From the IMG/VR virus record IMGVR_UViG_3300045988_111022: a stretch of 64,000 bases of DNA, one strand, 5' to 3'. This DNA comes from a virus. Both the position numbers and the translations under genes were made by a program. Shown one piece after another: positions 42,565 through 52,433 of this stretch; the stretch's first letter is position 1, and every line of letters begins with the position of its first letter. The notes under the pieces were generated by a model that worked only from the letters and a program-made list of their open reading frames with translations, did no database searches and was not told where the DNA came from.

Positions 42565-43141
42565 GTGCAGGGCCGAGATTCGTAAGTTTTTCATGGAGCT
42601 TTACCCTGCCTGCACGGTCATTTACTCTTACCCCGGCAATGCGGCCCGCCCGCCTGCGCCCTACGTCGTGCTTGACTTTGATGCCGCCGACAGTTTTCAA
42701 ATTGACGAATACGTAGATGATGGGATTTTGCAGCAGACATGGTACATGAGCATGCCGTTTTCTGCGGAGCTGGTTGCGCAGAGCAAGGTGGTTCATGGCG
42801 GCGGAGTAAAAAAGGCTCTTCTGTCAACGGCTGTTGATGACCTTGCCCAGAGTATCCGCTTTTTCCAAAGCTCCTACGCAGAAGATAAAATGCGTCTGCT
42901 GAACATTTCGGTAACGGCCACAGGAAACCCAGAGCAGATCCATAACAGCGTGTCCGGTGTGGAACGGGCGCGCTGTTCTTTTTCTGTGGATTTCGTTCAG
43001 AACACGAAGGAGTATGCAGCACTGCATCCACAGGACGGTGAGTACATTGCCGACCACGACAGCGCGGCATCGAAAGAACTTGCAGATATGCAGGCTGGAT
43101 ATTTCACAGAAGTTGAAATTGAACCACAAATCAAGGAATAA
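42551..43141 (+). CDS. Neck/tail terminator-like protein
   Basis: ...IYSYPGNAARPPAPYVVLDF motif. Directly upstream of the sheath gene. Confidence 0.55.
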   Translation: MTEAECRAEIRKFFMELYPACTVIYSYPGNAARPPAPYVVLDFDAADSFQIDEYVDDGILQQTWYMSMPFSAELVAQSKVVHGGGVKKALLSTAVDDLAQSIRFFQSSYAEDKMRLLNISVTATGNPEQIHNSVSGVERARCSFSVDFVQNTKEYAALHPQDGEYIADHDSAASKELADMQAGYFTEVEIEPQIKE

Positions 43142-43153
43142 AGGAGTGAGAGC

Positions 43154-44200
43154 ATGACCATTGACCAAATCATCAAGGTCGATATTGCCATTTCGGAAGC
43201 AATGGCAATCGACGGCGGCTATGACACCATTCTTATCATCGGCCCCCTGCCGAAAACTCCCGGCGGTCATATGACTCCCGATGTTGCTGGTTATACCGGT
43301 ACGCAGGATCTGAAGAGTGCCGGCTTCTCGACGGACGACCCGGTTTATATCGCCGCATCCAAGGTCTTTGCCCAGTCGCCCAAAGCTACCATGGTGATGG
43401 TGGCTGTTCAGAAGACAACTTCCGGATCGGCGGAAAAGGTAGATGTTACTCTTGACCGCGCAAAGGCGGTTCCGGGCTGGTACTGCATCTGTCCGGCAGG
43501 CATCAAGGAGGATTTTTACCAGAGCATTGCAGACTGGACGGAATCCAATGAGAAGTTCTGCGTCTGTGAGACTACGGGAATTTCCGCATCGCCTGTCTCC
43601 GATGCGATGTTCCGCACGGCCGTCATTCATGCAACGAAAGAAAACGACTGCGTGAATGCGGCATATGCGGCCAAGTTCTTGTCGTATGAGCCGGGCAGCG
43701 AACTGTGGGCGTATAAGTCCCTCAGCATGGTCGAGGCGCAGAGCCTGTCCACCACGGACATCGCCAGCTTGGAAAGCCGCAATGTCTCGTACTACACCAC
43801 CATCGGCAGTCAGGCAATGGTACAGGGCGGCAAGGTGTCCGCAGGCGAGTGGATTGATACTATTCGCTTCCGTGACTGGCTCAAGACTCAGATTCAGCAG
43901 AATGTTATCAATTTGATGCTGTCTTTGCCCAAGGTTCCTTATACGGATCCCGGTATCGGGCTGGTTCAGAATGCCGTGACTGCGGCGTTGGATGCAGGCG
44001 TGGAAGCGGGTGGCATCGCACGGCCGTCTAGCGACGAAGCAACTGGAACTATTACCCCGTCCTATACCATTACCGTTCCGAAAGCTGCAGAGCTGGATGC
44101 GGCAACACGCAAGACCCGCGTGCTGCCGAAAGTGAAGTGGTCGGCACAGTTGGCTGGTGCGCTGATTGCAACGGAAATTGGCGGTACGTTGAACTATTAA
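43154..44200 (+). CDS. Tail sheath protein (DUF3383 family)
   Basis: 348 aa. ...YDTILIIGP......WY.ICP.......W.E.......ET. Followed by a DUF3277-type tube gene. Confidence 0.75.
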   Translation: MTIDQIIKVDIAISEAMAIDGGYDTILIIGPLPKTPGGHMTPDVAGYTGTQDLKSAGFSTDDPVYIAASKVFAQSPKATMVMVAVQKTTSGSAEKVDVTLDRAKAVPGWYCICPAGIKEDFYQSIADWTESNEKFCVCETTGISASPVSDAMFRTAVIHATKENDCVNAAYAAKFLSYEPGSELWAYKSLSMVEAQSLSTTDIASLESRNVSYYTTIGSQAMVQGGKVSAGEWIDTIRFRDWLKTQIQQNVINLMLSLPKVPYTDPGIGLVQNAVTAALDAGVEAGGIARPSSDEATGTITPSYTITVPKAAELDAATRKTRVLPKVKWSAQLAGALIATEIGGTLNY

Positions 44201-44219
44201 GCGAAAGGAGATGTGTTAA

Positions 44220-44645
44220 ATGGCTCGTGCCGATGTTCACGTTTATTCTTTTAAGAATGTCATCTGCGCAATCGGCTCCCATATGCCGAGCGGCTTTGCA
44301 GGTGATAACTGTATCACTATTACGCCGCAGGGTGACGGTATCACCGATGAGGCGGGCGCCGATGGCGAAGTCGTAGTCTCCAACTCCGATGACCCTCGCT
44401 ATGAAGTTAAGATGATTTTTGTGTATGGTTCCAAGTCAAACGCAGTTCTGCGTAAACTCTACAACCTGCAAAAGCAGTCCTCTGGAGGCTATTTCTTCCC
44501 GCTGATGATTCGTGATTTGGGAGATAACCCCCAGTTTACGGCATCTAAGGCATGGGTGTCCAAGCCCGCGCCCATCATGTACGGCGCAAAAGGCGGCAAT
44601 CAGGAGTGGACCATCCGGTGTGTGGGCGAGTTTGCCCCGGAATAA
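44220..44645 (+). CDS. Tail tube protein (DUF3277-like)
   Basis: 141 aa after the sheath gene. ...V.V.SF.NV.C.I.... Confidence 0.7.
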   Translation: MARADVHVYSFKNVICAIGSHMPSGFAGDNCITITPQGDGITDEAGADGEVVVSNSDDPRYEVKMIFVYGSKSNAVLRKLYNLQKQSSGGYFFPLMIRDLGDNPQFTASKAWVSKPAPIMYGAKGGNQEWTIRCVGEFAPE

Positions 44646-44662
44646 GGAAAGGATGATGTAAC

Positions 44663-45196
44663 ATGAAAATGAAACGGATGGAGATGCGCGATGTCTCCAT
44701 TGGCGAATACCAGTTCAAGATTCGCCCGTTTGGAGCTAAAGACGCCCTCTATATTTTTGGTGACGTGGCATCTATTCTCCTGCCCATCCTCGGCTCTGTG
44801 GCTGTGGCAAGCGATGATAAGGATGCCGTTGAAATGGAAATGTTCGACGGTGTGGATTTGGACACGGAATCCTTGACGAAAGCGCTGGGACGCATTAACG
44901 GAAAAGCGCTTTCTAAACTGGTTTCTGAGCTTATCATGGAGCACAGCAATGTGAGCTATCGAGACCCGGACAGAGGGTCTTATCAGCCTGTCACTGAGGA
45001 TGAGTTCGATGAGATTTTCTGCCAGTACCTTGCAGGAGTGTTCTCGCTTTGCGCTGAGATTATCAAACTGAATTTCAGCGGTTTTTTCAAAGATGCGAGC
45101 ACCCTCTTTGGAGGCCTTATCAAAGTGCGCCGGGGGGATCGCTCGAAGAATACGGAGAATTCGACAACGAACGAGTTACAGACCTCGAATGGGTAA
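44663..45196 (+). CDS. Tail assembly chaperone (G-like product)
   Basis: Position between the tube and tape measure genes. Contains slippery T_TTT_TTC at 45082-45088. Confidence 0.7.
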   Translation: MKMKRMEMRDVSIGEYQFKIRPFGAKDALYIFGDVASILLPILGSVAVASDDKDAVEMEMFDGVDLDTESLTKALGRINGKALSKLVSELIMEHSNVSYRDPDRGSYQPVTEDEFDEIFCQYLAGVFSLCAEIIKLNFSGFFKDASTLFGGLIKVRRGDRSKNTENSTTNELQTSNG

Positions 45197-45345
45197 TGTA
45201 TACCCTAATTCGTGAACGGGTCGCATCCATGTATGAGCTGACCTATGTTTACAATCTGGATGAGATGCTGAAGCTGTATGACCTGATTATGATGCAGCGC
45301 GACATTGAGTACAGTAGGAGCCAAAAAGAGAGAGGGGGTGAGTAA
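45196..45345 (+). CDS. Frame -1 extension (GT-like) of the tail chaperone, or an independent 49-aa ORF
   Basis: The -1 frame is open from 45004 to 45345 and ends exactly at the tape-measure start codon. Confidence 0.5.
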   Translation: MYTLIRERVASMYELTYVYNLDEMLKLYDLIMMQRDIEYSRSQKERGGE

Positions 45346-47253
45346 GTGCCAGCGGCAAGAGAGACGGTCATCGGAAAGTTTGTAAACCAGATTCTGTTCA
45401 AAGTTGATAAAAGCTCCATCAACGAGGCGAAAAGCGCCATTGGTGAGGTGAAAAGCTTTGCGGCTAAGGCTCTTGGCGTCATCGGAATTGGATTCTCTTT
45501 TACGCAGCTGAGCAGCATAGCAGAAGAATTTGGCGGCATTAACGATGTAATTCGCGGAGCAACCCGCGAGTTGGGAGACCAAGCGGAAATCCAGCAAAAG
45601 ATTCTGCAAGGGGCTCAGGATTGCCGTGAAGAATACGGGGTTATGGCGGGGGACGTGACAAAGCTGGTGCAGCTGAACAGCAAACTGTTCCCGGTTGATG
45701 ATGCCGTAAAGTTTGTTTCGCTTGTCGAAAAACTGGAAAAGGGATCCGGCAGAGAGACGAATCTTGACAGCACCATGAGCGTGCTGCAAAAGGCCATCTC
45801 TTCGGGCAAGCTGGACAAGTCTGGCTTTTCCAACTTAAAGACAGCAGCCCCAGAGGTTGTAAAAGCCATTTCGTCTGCAATGGGGGTGTCCGAAAAGCAA
45901 CTTCAAAATCTGGCAGAGAGCGGAAAACTTTCCGCAAAGCAACTGAAAGAAGCGTTTTTCGCGGCGGAAAGTGACATTCAAAAGAACTTTGATGAACTTG
46001 GCTTTGGAATTGGAGACGCTCTTACCTATGCCAGAAATCAGTGGGGACTTTGGATTGCGAGCATGGACGATATGCTCAATATCACGACCCGCATTGGAAC
46101 CGAAATAAAAAATATAAGTGATTTTCTGATAGGGAAAGCACAAAAATTCACATCGTGGCTCAAGAGTGTTTCGGATAAGCTGGGCGGCGTGGAACAGCTA
46201 CTGAAGTTAATTGCGCTGGCAGCGACGGCACTTTTTCTCGCAACAAACGGGAATAAGGTGCTGTCGTTCCTTGGCGGGGCCGTAAAGTTGCTAAAAGGAT
46301 TTAATGTCCAAACGGCGCTCGCAGCCGCAAAATGGCTTCTGTTGTTCCTTGTGCTGGAAGATGTTTTTACTTTCCTGCAAGGCGGAGACAGCGTTTTTGG
46401 GCGACTCTTAAGCGATGCTGGCGTGGATGTCGATGCGCTCAGAGAAAAAATCTCGAATTTCTTCTCTGATGCAAAACAATTCGGAAAAAATGCCCTTGAT
46501 AGTCTGAAGCAATTCTGGAGTGAGCACGGCGATAACGTGCTTGCAGTTCTGCAATGGCTGTGGCAGGGATGCGTTGACCTGACGGCGGATATTGTTACTT
46601 TGGGTGGCCACTTGTTCGACCTTCTGGGCGGTCTTATCACTGGATTTCAGACAGGAGATTGGACACAGTTTCTTCAAGGTTGCAAAGAGCTGTGGCAAGA
46701 TTTTCTCGATATTTTGAACGGCATTGGACGAGCAGTTTTTGGTGAGCTGTGGGATCCGTTGGTGGGTTCCATGAACGACGCATGGAATCTGCTGAAAGGA
46801 TTCTTTAGCTGGTTTGGAGACAAAATTCAGTGGGCGAGAAATCTCTGGAGTGGCGTTAAAGAATTCTTTAATGGTGCTGATTCTGATGACGAAGCGGGTG
46901 ATAGCCAATCTGTAAAGCCAAAAGGTTCTGGAAGGGCAACTGGCGCAGGAACGGAAAGAAGACCTGCCAACAACACAGGAAATCCCGCGAAAAGCACGAA
47001 CACGGAAGCAAATCGGAAAGCCACGAATGCCTTTATTTCTGGAGGCCGTCCAGTGTCTACCAGAACAGCGGCGCAGAAGCCTATATCCCAGACCACCAAC
47101 AATAAGTCAATCAACGTGAAGCAGGAAAATAAGCAGCAGTACACATTCCAAGTCACGGAAAGAGCTGCTGCTGACCGTTTGAGTACTACGGTTCGTTCGC
47201 AGGAAACGCAGTCCACGGATGAATTGGCGAGAGCGTTGAATTACGGGAGGTGA
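45346..47253 (+). CDS. Tail tape measure protein
   Basis: 635 aa, helical and Gly/Ala-rich, with hydrophobic central segments. Canonical position. Confidence 0.88.
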   Translation: MPAARETVIGKFVNQILFKVDKSSINEAKSAIGEVKSFAAKALGVIGIGFSFTQLSSIAEEFGGINDVIRGATRELGDQAEIQQKILQGAQDCREEYGVMAGDVTKLVQLNSKLFPVDDAVKFVSLVEKLEKGSGRETNLDSTMSVLQKAISSGKLDKSGFSNLKTAAPEVVKAISSAMGVSEKQLQNLAESGKLSAKQLKEAFFAAESDIQKNFDELGFGIGDALTYARNQWGLWIASMDDMLNITTRIGTEIKNISDFLIGKAQKFTSWLKSVSDKLGGVEQLLKLIALAATALFLATNGNKVLSFLGGAVKLLKGFNVQTALAAAKWLLLFLVLEDVFTFLQGGDSVFGRLLSDAGVDVDALREKISNFFSDAKQFGKNALDSLKQFWSEHGDNVLAVLQWLWQGCVDLTADIVTLGGHLFDLLGGLITGFQTGDWTQFLQGCKELWQDFLDILNGIGRAVFGELWDPLVGSMNDAWNLLKGFFSWFGDKIQWARNLWSGVKEFFNGADSDDEAGDSQSVKPKGSGRATGAGTERRPANNTGNPAKSTNTEANRKATNAFISGGRPVSTRTAAQKPISQTTNNKSINVKQENKQQYTFQVTERAAADRLSTTVRSQETQSTDELARALNYGR

Positions 47254-47259
47254 TGCGCT

Positions 47260-47829
47260 GTGCTGGCAAAGCAACCTGCATCCCTCGGCGGATTTGAGTT
47301 CGATGCAATCGTCAAAAGGTCAGAAACGATGACCTGTGATGTGCCGGAGTATGCAACAGAGGAAGGATACTCCATTACGGACAACATCTGCCTAAAACCC
47401 CGTGAGCTGGAAATCGAAGCTATCATCACCAATAGCCCTGTCACATGGGCTGAGCAACACGCGGCATCATCGAGCCGTGTTGAGACGATGGTTGAAGAAC
47501 TTCGCCAGCTGTGGCTGAAAAAGACTCCGGTTTCGTTTACCGCGGCTGGCGACAGCTACGAAAATATGTGCATCACGAGCATTACCGCCCCTCGAACGGT
47601 TGAGGACGGCAGTAGTACCCGGCTGACCATCAAGCTGAAGCAAGCGTCTATCAACTCCACCGATATGGCAAATATCAGCGTGAAGTACATTCGCGGAGGA
47701 ACATCTAAGAAAAACACGGGCGCTGGACAAAAAAGCTCATCGTCTACATCTGGCACCCAGAAGGACGAAAAGGCCACAAAATCCAGCATTTTGTGTTCTG
47801 GCGCAAAAGCTATTGGCCTTTTCAAGTGA
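47260..47829 (+). CDS. Tail/baseplate hub-associated protein (Mu gp43 N-terminus-like?)
   Basis: Position after the TMP. LGGFEFDAIV.... Confidence 0.5.
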   Translation: MLAKQPASLGGFEFDAIVKRSETMTCDVPEYATEEGYSITDNICLKPRELEIEAIITNSPVTWAEQHAASSSRVETMVEELRQLWLKKTPVSFTAAGDSYENMCITSITAPRTVEDGSSTRLTIKLKQASINSTDMANISVKYIRGGTSKKNTGAGQKSSSSTSGTQKDEKATKSSILCSGAKAIGLFK

Positions 47830-47838
47830 GGTGTGCAA

Positions 47839-48165
47839 ATGGAATACTACGAGATTTCCGTGCCGGATCGCAATGATTCGGTGATGCGCGTAAACCTTGA
47901 CGGCACATACTACTACCTCCGGGTTACATGGAACGCTTACGGAGAATTTTGGATGCTGAGTATCTACGATGCAGATATGCAGATGAAAATCGGCATGGCA
48001 AAGCTCGTGCCGGGAGCGATCTGGAACTTCTACTATCTCAACTCGAACGGTCCGCCGGGAATCCTTGGCGTTCAAACAGACAAGGAACGCATCGGCAGGC
48101 AAGATTTCGTTGATGCGGTGGCTCACCTGTACTATCTGCCGGCTGAACAGATGGGGGTGCAGTGA
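47839..48165 (+). CDS. Baseplate plug-like protein
   Basis: ...LDGTYYYLRVTWN..GEFWMLSIYDAD......G.KLV.G pattern. Confidence 0.5.
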   Translation: MEYYEISVPDRNDSVMRVNLDGTYYYLRVTWNAYGEFWMLSIYDADMQMKIGMAKLVPGAIWNFYYLNSNGPPGILGVQTDKERIGRQDFVDAVAHLYYLPAEQMGVQ

Positions 48166-49043
48166 TGGAAGAATTTGGCCGTCAGTACAGAGTACGAATC
48201 GGAAAGAACAACTCCACGGGCCGAGAACTCGGCAAGCCAAATGAGGCAACGGGCAGAGCGCTTCGGTGTCAATTCTCCTGCGAAGTTGGTGACAGCTCAA
48301 GTTCCAACACCGGAAAAATTACGTTGTGGAACTTGGCAGATGAGACCCTGCGCCTGTTGGAACAAGAGGATTGCTTGATTGAGCTGAGTGCAGGGTACAA
48401 GGACGACCTGCCCACGATAATGGGCGGAACTCTGACGTACTTTGAAACTGAGCAGAGTGGCGCAGATCAGCAAACTACAATAGAGTTTGTGGATAGCTTT
48501 ACATCGTGCCGAGACAACACAGTAAGCCTCAGCTATTCCGGCACGGTTTCAGGAGATAAAATCGTGCGCGACGCGGCGCAGATTATGGGTTGTGAGGTTA
48601 AATTCTCCAAGTCTGCTAAGTTGATAGACTTCACGAATTTTGCGTTTGTAGGGGCAGGAAAAACTTTGATTGAAAGGGTTTGCAACCGCAGCAAAATGCG
48701 CTGGAGCCTGCAAAACGGAATTGTCCAAATCTGCGCATTGGACGAGCCAATAACAATGGCCGCTTATGTGTTGTCCGCAAGCACGGGCCTTATCGGTTCC
48801 CCGAAGCCTGTCTTTGAGTCTGCATCTACGAGCGATAAAAAGAGCAGCAATGCTTCCAAGCGCAAGGCGAAAAAGGGCATCGAAGTCACCTATGTACTTA
48901 ATGGCCATATCCAAGTGGACGATTATGTAAAAATTGACTCAAAATCGTACAAAGGCAATTATAGAGCGTCCAAAATTAAATTTACCGGCGACACAGAGGG
49001 CGACGACTGGAAATGTGTAGCGCTGTTTGTGGAGGTGAAGTGA
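48162..49043 (+). CDS. Baseplate hub protein (gpD / XkdQ-like)
   Basis: 293 aa. Order relative to the spike and wedge genes. Confidence 0.6.
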   Translation: MMEEFGRQYRVRIGKNNSTGRELGKPNEATGRALRCQFSCEVGDSSSSNTGKITLWNLADETLRLLEQEDCLIELSAGYKDDLPTIMGGTLTYFETEQSGADQQTTIEFVDSFTSCRDNTVSLSYSGTVSGDKIVRDAAQIMGCEVKFSKSAKLIDFTNFAFVGAGKTLIERVCNRSKMRWSLQNGIVQICALDEPITMAAYVLSASTGLIGSPKPVFESASTSDKKSSNASKRKAKKGIEVTYVLNGHIQVDDYVKIDSKSYKGNYRASKIKFTGDTEGDDWKCVALFVEVK

Positions 49044-49044
49044 T

Positions 49045-49740
49045 ATGAAACAGGACTTCCTTGATGCAGTATCTTCCCTTGTTGGGCGGCTGATGGAAGA
49101 TTCGATTCATACATCTGCACCCTCCAAGGTCGGAAAGGTAGAGAATAACCATACTGCAAAGCTTACCCCGAACCTCAAGGTGACGACAGATGATGGCCGA
49201 GAAGTTCCTTACCCGGAAATATCAGGCACTATCATTCTGATGCCCTGTGGAGCAGGTGGGACGGTTGGTTTTGCCTTTCCGGTGAAGTCGGATGACGGGT
49301 GCCTTGCTCTCTTCAACGAGGGCGGCTCAGGAACAGACCTCAAATGGGATCTTTCGAATGCAGCTTTGCTTCCGGGCCTTTACCAGTCGCCGGGTGAGCA
49401 GGTAAAAAAGGCCGGGAGCGAAGAAGCGGCCATCATGTTTGCGCCGAGCTCTACTATCACGGTCACGAAAGACAAAATCGAAATCAAAAAGGATGATACC
49501 AAAATTACGGTGACATCTGATTCCATAAAGATGGAAAAAGGCAGCACGACTGTTACAGCATCAACTTCGAGTGTTGATGTGGTGTCTCCGAGTTTGAGCA
49601 TCAAGGGAAACACCAAGGTGAATGGCAATATCTCGGTGACGGGAAACGTGACAATTTCCGGCACATTGACGCTCGGCGGAATTGTGATGAATACGCACAC
49701 GCACGCCGGCGTGCATGGACAAACTGGAGGACCTGTATAA
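49045..49740 (+). CDS. Baseplate spike protein (gpV / Mu gp45-like)
   Basis: C-terminal beta-helix repeats and ...GGIVMNTHTHAGVHGQTGGPV. Confidence 0.7.
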   Translation: MKQDFLDAVSSLVGRLMEDSIHTSAPSKVGKVENNHTAKLTPNLKVTTDDGREVPYPEISGTIILMPCGAGGTVGFAFPVKSDDGCLALFNEGGSGTDLKWDLSNAALLPGLYQSPGEQVKKAGSEEAAIMFAPSSTITVTKDKIEIKKDDTKITVTSDSIKMEKGSTTVTASTSSVDVVSPSLSIKGNTKVNGNISVTGNVTISGTLTLGGIVMNTHTHAGVHGQTGGPV

Positions 49741-50117
49741 TGGCTTTAAGAGACCTTGCGCTCTCCAAAAGCGGAGACCTGCTGATAAACGAGAGCGGAG
49801 ATTTTACAATCATCGACTCGGTTCGACAGGGCATCCAAATCAAATTGAGGTGGATCAAGGGCGAGTGGGTCTTTAATCCTGAGATGGGCGTTCCTTATTT
49901 TGAATCGATTTTAGTGAAGACGCCAAACCGAGCGCTTATCGAAAAAACGCTGCGTGACCAGATTTTAAGCGTGTCTGGAGTTACAAGCGTTGGCTCGATA
50001 AACCTTGTGATGAATAAGAAAAAACGAACTCTCTCTGCAAAATTTACCGCAAAAACGATAGAGGGAGTGCTGGAAAGCGAGGTGAACCTTTCGCATGGAA
50101 TACGGAATAACGGCTAA
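49740..50117 (+). CDS. Baseplate wedge protein (gp25/W or DUF2634-like)
   Basis: 125 aa, upstream of the baseplate J gene. Confidence 0.6.
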   Translation: MALRDLALSKSGDLLINESGDFTIIDSVRQGIQIKLRWIKGEWVFNPEMGVPYFESILVKTPNRALIEKTLRDQILSVSGVTSVGSINLVMNKKKRTLSAKFTAKTIEGVLESEVNLSHGIRNNG

Positions 50118-51606
50118 TGGATTTTCGATGCGGCGACTGGATGAAATTTATAATGCTTCCTGTAAGAGATTTGAGGATGAAATTGGAGTGAATCCGTCCG
50201 AGAATCCGCAAAGTGTTATGAATGTGCTTTTTACAATTTTTTCTGATGCCCCGGCGGAAATGTGGGAAGCGTTTGCGGCAAGTTATCAGCAACTCTATCC
50301 GAACACTGCGGAGGGGATTGCACTGGATAATGCTATGCAGATCGGAGGTGTCAACCGCATTGGACAGGCACGCACAAAGTATACGTTGTCCTGCACTGGG
50401 CGAGAGGGAACGATAATTCCTGCAGGTGCGCTGGTTCAGTCGAGTACGTATCCACAACGTCAATTCCGAGCCAAAGGCGTATCCACGATTTCAAGTGCAA
50501 ACTGGAAAAGAATTGGAATCCGACCAATCGAGAGCGTGAGTGGAACGATTACGTTTGAATTTGGCGTGTCCAGAAATGCGACTTCGGGTGAAGTTGGCAG
50601 CTATTCCGAGTCGGCCAGCATCACAAAACAGCTTTCGGTGAGTTCGTACAGTGATGCTTACACAAAAATCCTGGCAGAGCTTCAGAAATTCGATGCGCTC
50701 ACCAAGTTTGGCATCAAAGTCGAAGATTCCGCGGATGAACAGGGAAAGCATACGATTGTGCTGTCGGCCTCTGGCGCGGCCGACAGCTTTTCTGCATCTC
50801 TTTGCAGGTACATTACGGTTGTTGACGTGACCAGCAACATCCTTTTTGAGAGCGTCGAATACGGAAACTATGTGCAGGCAGATAAGACCATCGACCAAAT
50901 CGTGACTTCTGTTGACGGCTGGGACTCCTGCATAAATGAAATTCCACCCATAAAGGGCAGATTGACACAGAAAGACTCTGAGGCTCGTGCTAGTTATACT
51001 AATCGCGTGGCAAGCCGCGGTACAGGAACAGTCAATGCTATTGTGTCATTGCTTTATAGTGATGTTGAGGGTGTGACATTCGCCGCGGGCTATCAAAATG
51101 ACAACGACGAGAAAGATACGGCTGGGCGCCCGCCACACTGCATTGAGATAATCGTGCAAGGTGGTTTGGATGAGGACGTTTCGGATATTATCTGGAAAAA
51201 TAAGCCCGGTGGAATTCGAGCATACGGAAGTCATTACGCATATGCTACAGATATAAATGGAATTCGGCAGTATGTCGAATTTACACGTGTCAAGGATGTC
51301 TATTTGCTTCTGTCTGTTAAGGTCACGAGCAATGATGAACTGGATGCAGATTTTGAGACTAGAATCAAGTCACTGCTAATGGCGGAAAAACTCTTGGTGG
51401 GATCTCCTATTCGATTGCAAAAGTTTATTAGACCCATTATAGAGAATGTGTCTGGCGTTGATTATATCGAAATTCGAGGAATTCTTTCGGAAAAGCAGGA
51501 TATTGAAGATGTAGAGGACGGTGCTATGCTTACAGGGGCTGTTCCGGTCAGCATCAGCCAGCAACCAGTTGTTACAATGGATGGAATTCGGGTGGTAAAA
51601 GCATGA
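50095..51606 (+). CDS. Baseplate J-like protein
   Basis: 503 aa. N-terminal ...F..RRLDEI.........IG.NP......V.N.L... ...LYPNTAEGIALDN. Confidence 0.8.
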   Translation: MEYGITANGFSMRRLDEIYNASCKRFEDEIGVNPSENPQSVMNVLFTIFSDAPAEMWEAFAASYQQLYPNTAEGIALDNAMQIGGVNRIGQARTKYTLSCTGREGTIIPAGALVQSSTYPQRQFRAKGVSTISSANWKRIGIRPIESVSGTITFEFGVSRNATSGEVGSYSESASITKQLSVSSYSDAYTKILAELQKFDALTKFGIKVEDSADEQGKHTIVLSASGAADSFSASLCRYITVVDVTSNILFESVEYGNYVQADKTIDQIVTSVDGWDSCINEIPPIKGRLTQKDSEARASYTNRVASRGTGTVNAIVSLLYSDVEGVTFAAGYQNDNDEKDTAGRPPHCIEIIVQGGLDEDVSDIIWKNKPGGIRAYGSHYAYATDINGIRQYVEFTRVKDVYLLLSVKVTSNDELDADFETRIKSLLMAEKLLVGSPIRLQKFIRPIIENVSGVDYIEIRGILSEKQDIEDVEDGAMLTGAVPVSISQQPVVTMDGIRVVKA

Positions 51607-51848
51607 TTTCAGCCTATAAAGAGCTGTATGCCAAACTCCCAACGCAATTTCAGCTTGAATCGTATGAGGAAAGCTGTCTGGGCGACTATGTGTGCGATAC
51701 ACAGGAAGATTTGAAAAATCTTCCTAACAACTGCACGATGGGGAGTACTGCAAGAGTGATTAGTCCTCTGGCTGTCTATAAAAGGAACTCTACGGGAAAA
51801 TGGGTTCTGCAAGAGACGATAAACGGGGAGCAAAGCGATGGCAGTTGA
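51603..51848 (+). CDS. Small tail protein (81 aa) sharing a motif with the N-terminus of 56831-57736
   Basis: DTQEDLKNLPNNCTMGSTARV resembles DTKEDIQTLPTSTSTGSSYRV. Confidence 0.55.
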   Translation: MISAYKELYAKLPTQFQLESYEESCLGDYVCDTQEDLKNLPNNCTMGSTARVISPLAVYKRNSTGKWVLQETINGEQSDGS

Positions 51849-52419
51849 GACATTGAACGAAAAAACAATTAAAGTGGAAAAAATGTCTGTACTCGACGGA
51901 GTTGTTTGGGCATTTGCCCCTGAGTATGAGTACTTGTCTGCGGCACTGGAAGGATTTGAGTGGATTAACAACATTGATATATGCAATGGCGTTTTACTTG
52001 ACCGAATCGGCCAGTTGGTATGCCTTACTCGTCAGCAGGCTGGGACGATGATTGGAAGCCGCGAATTGGCAGACAACGATGATGTTTATCGCATTTGCTT
52101 GAAGTACAAAGCTTATGTTAATTCATGTCATTGCACACCGGATGAAATAATCGAGGCCACTATGATTATTTTTGATGCAACAGAGGTCGTTTATAGTGAG
52201 CGACGTGACATCCCGGCAACAATTTACCTTTCAGTTTCGGCGCCATTCTCCGATTTGGTTCTGGCGATTCTTGGCACACATGACTTGGTGGTACATCCTG
52301 CTGGAGTGAAGGTCAGAATTAACTGCTCAACTGAAGACGCAGAGACATTTGGTTTCACAGACTTGAATCCGCGAGTTGCTGGATTTGGTAAAGGAATATT
52401 TGCCCAATCAATCAATTAA
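51838..52419 (+). CDS. Baseplate/tail protein (gpI or DUF2612-like)
   Basis: Position after baseplate J. Confidence 0.5.
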   Translation: MAVETLNEKTIKVEKMSVLDGVVWAFAPEYEYLSAALEGFEWINNIDICNGVLLDRIGQLVCLTRQQAGTMIGSRELADNDDVYRICLKYKAYVNSCHCTPDEIIEATMIIFDATEVVYSERRDIPATIYLSVSAPFSDLVLAILGTHDLVVHPAGVKVRINCSTEDAETFGFTDLNPRVAGFGKGIFAQSIN

Positions 52420-52433
52420 CAGGGGGTGATTCT

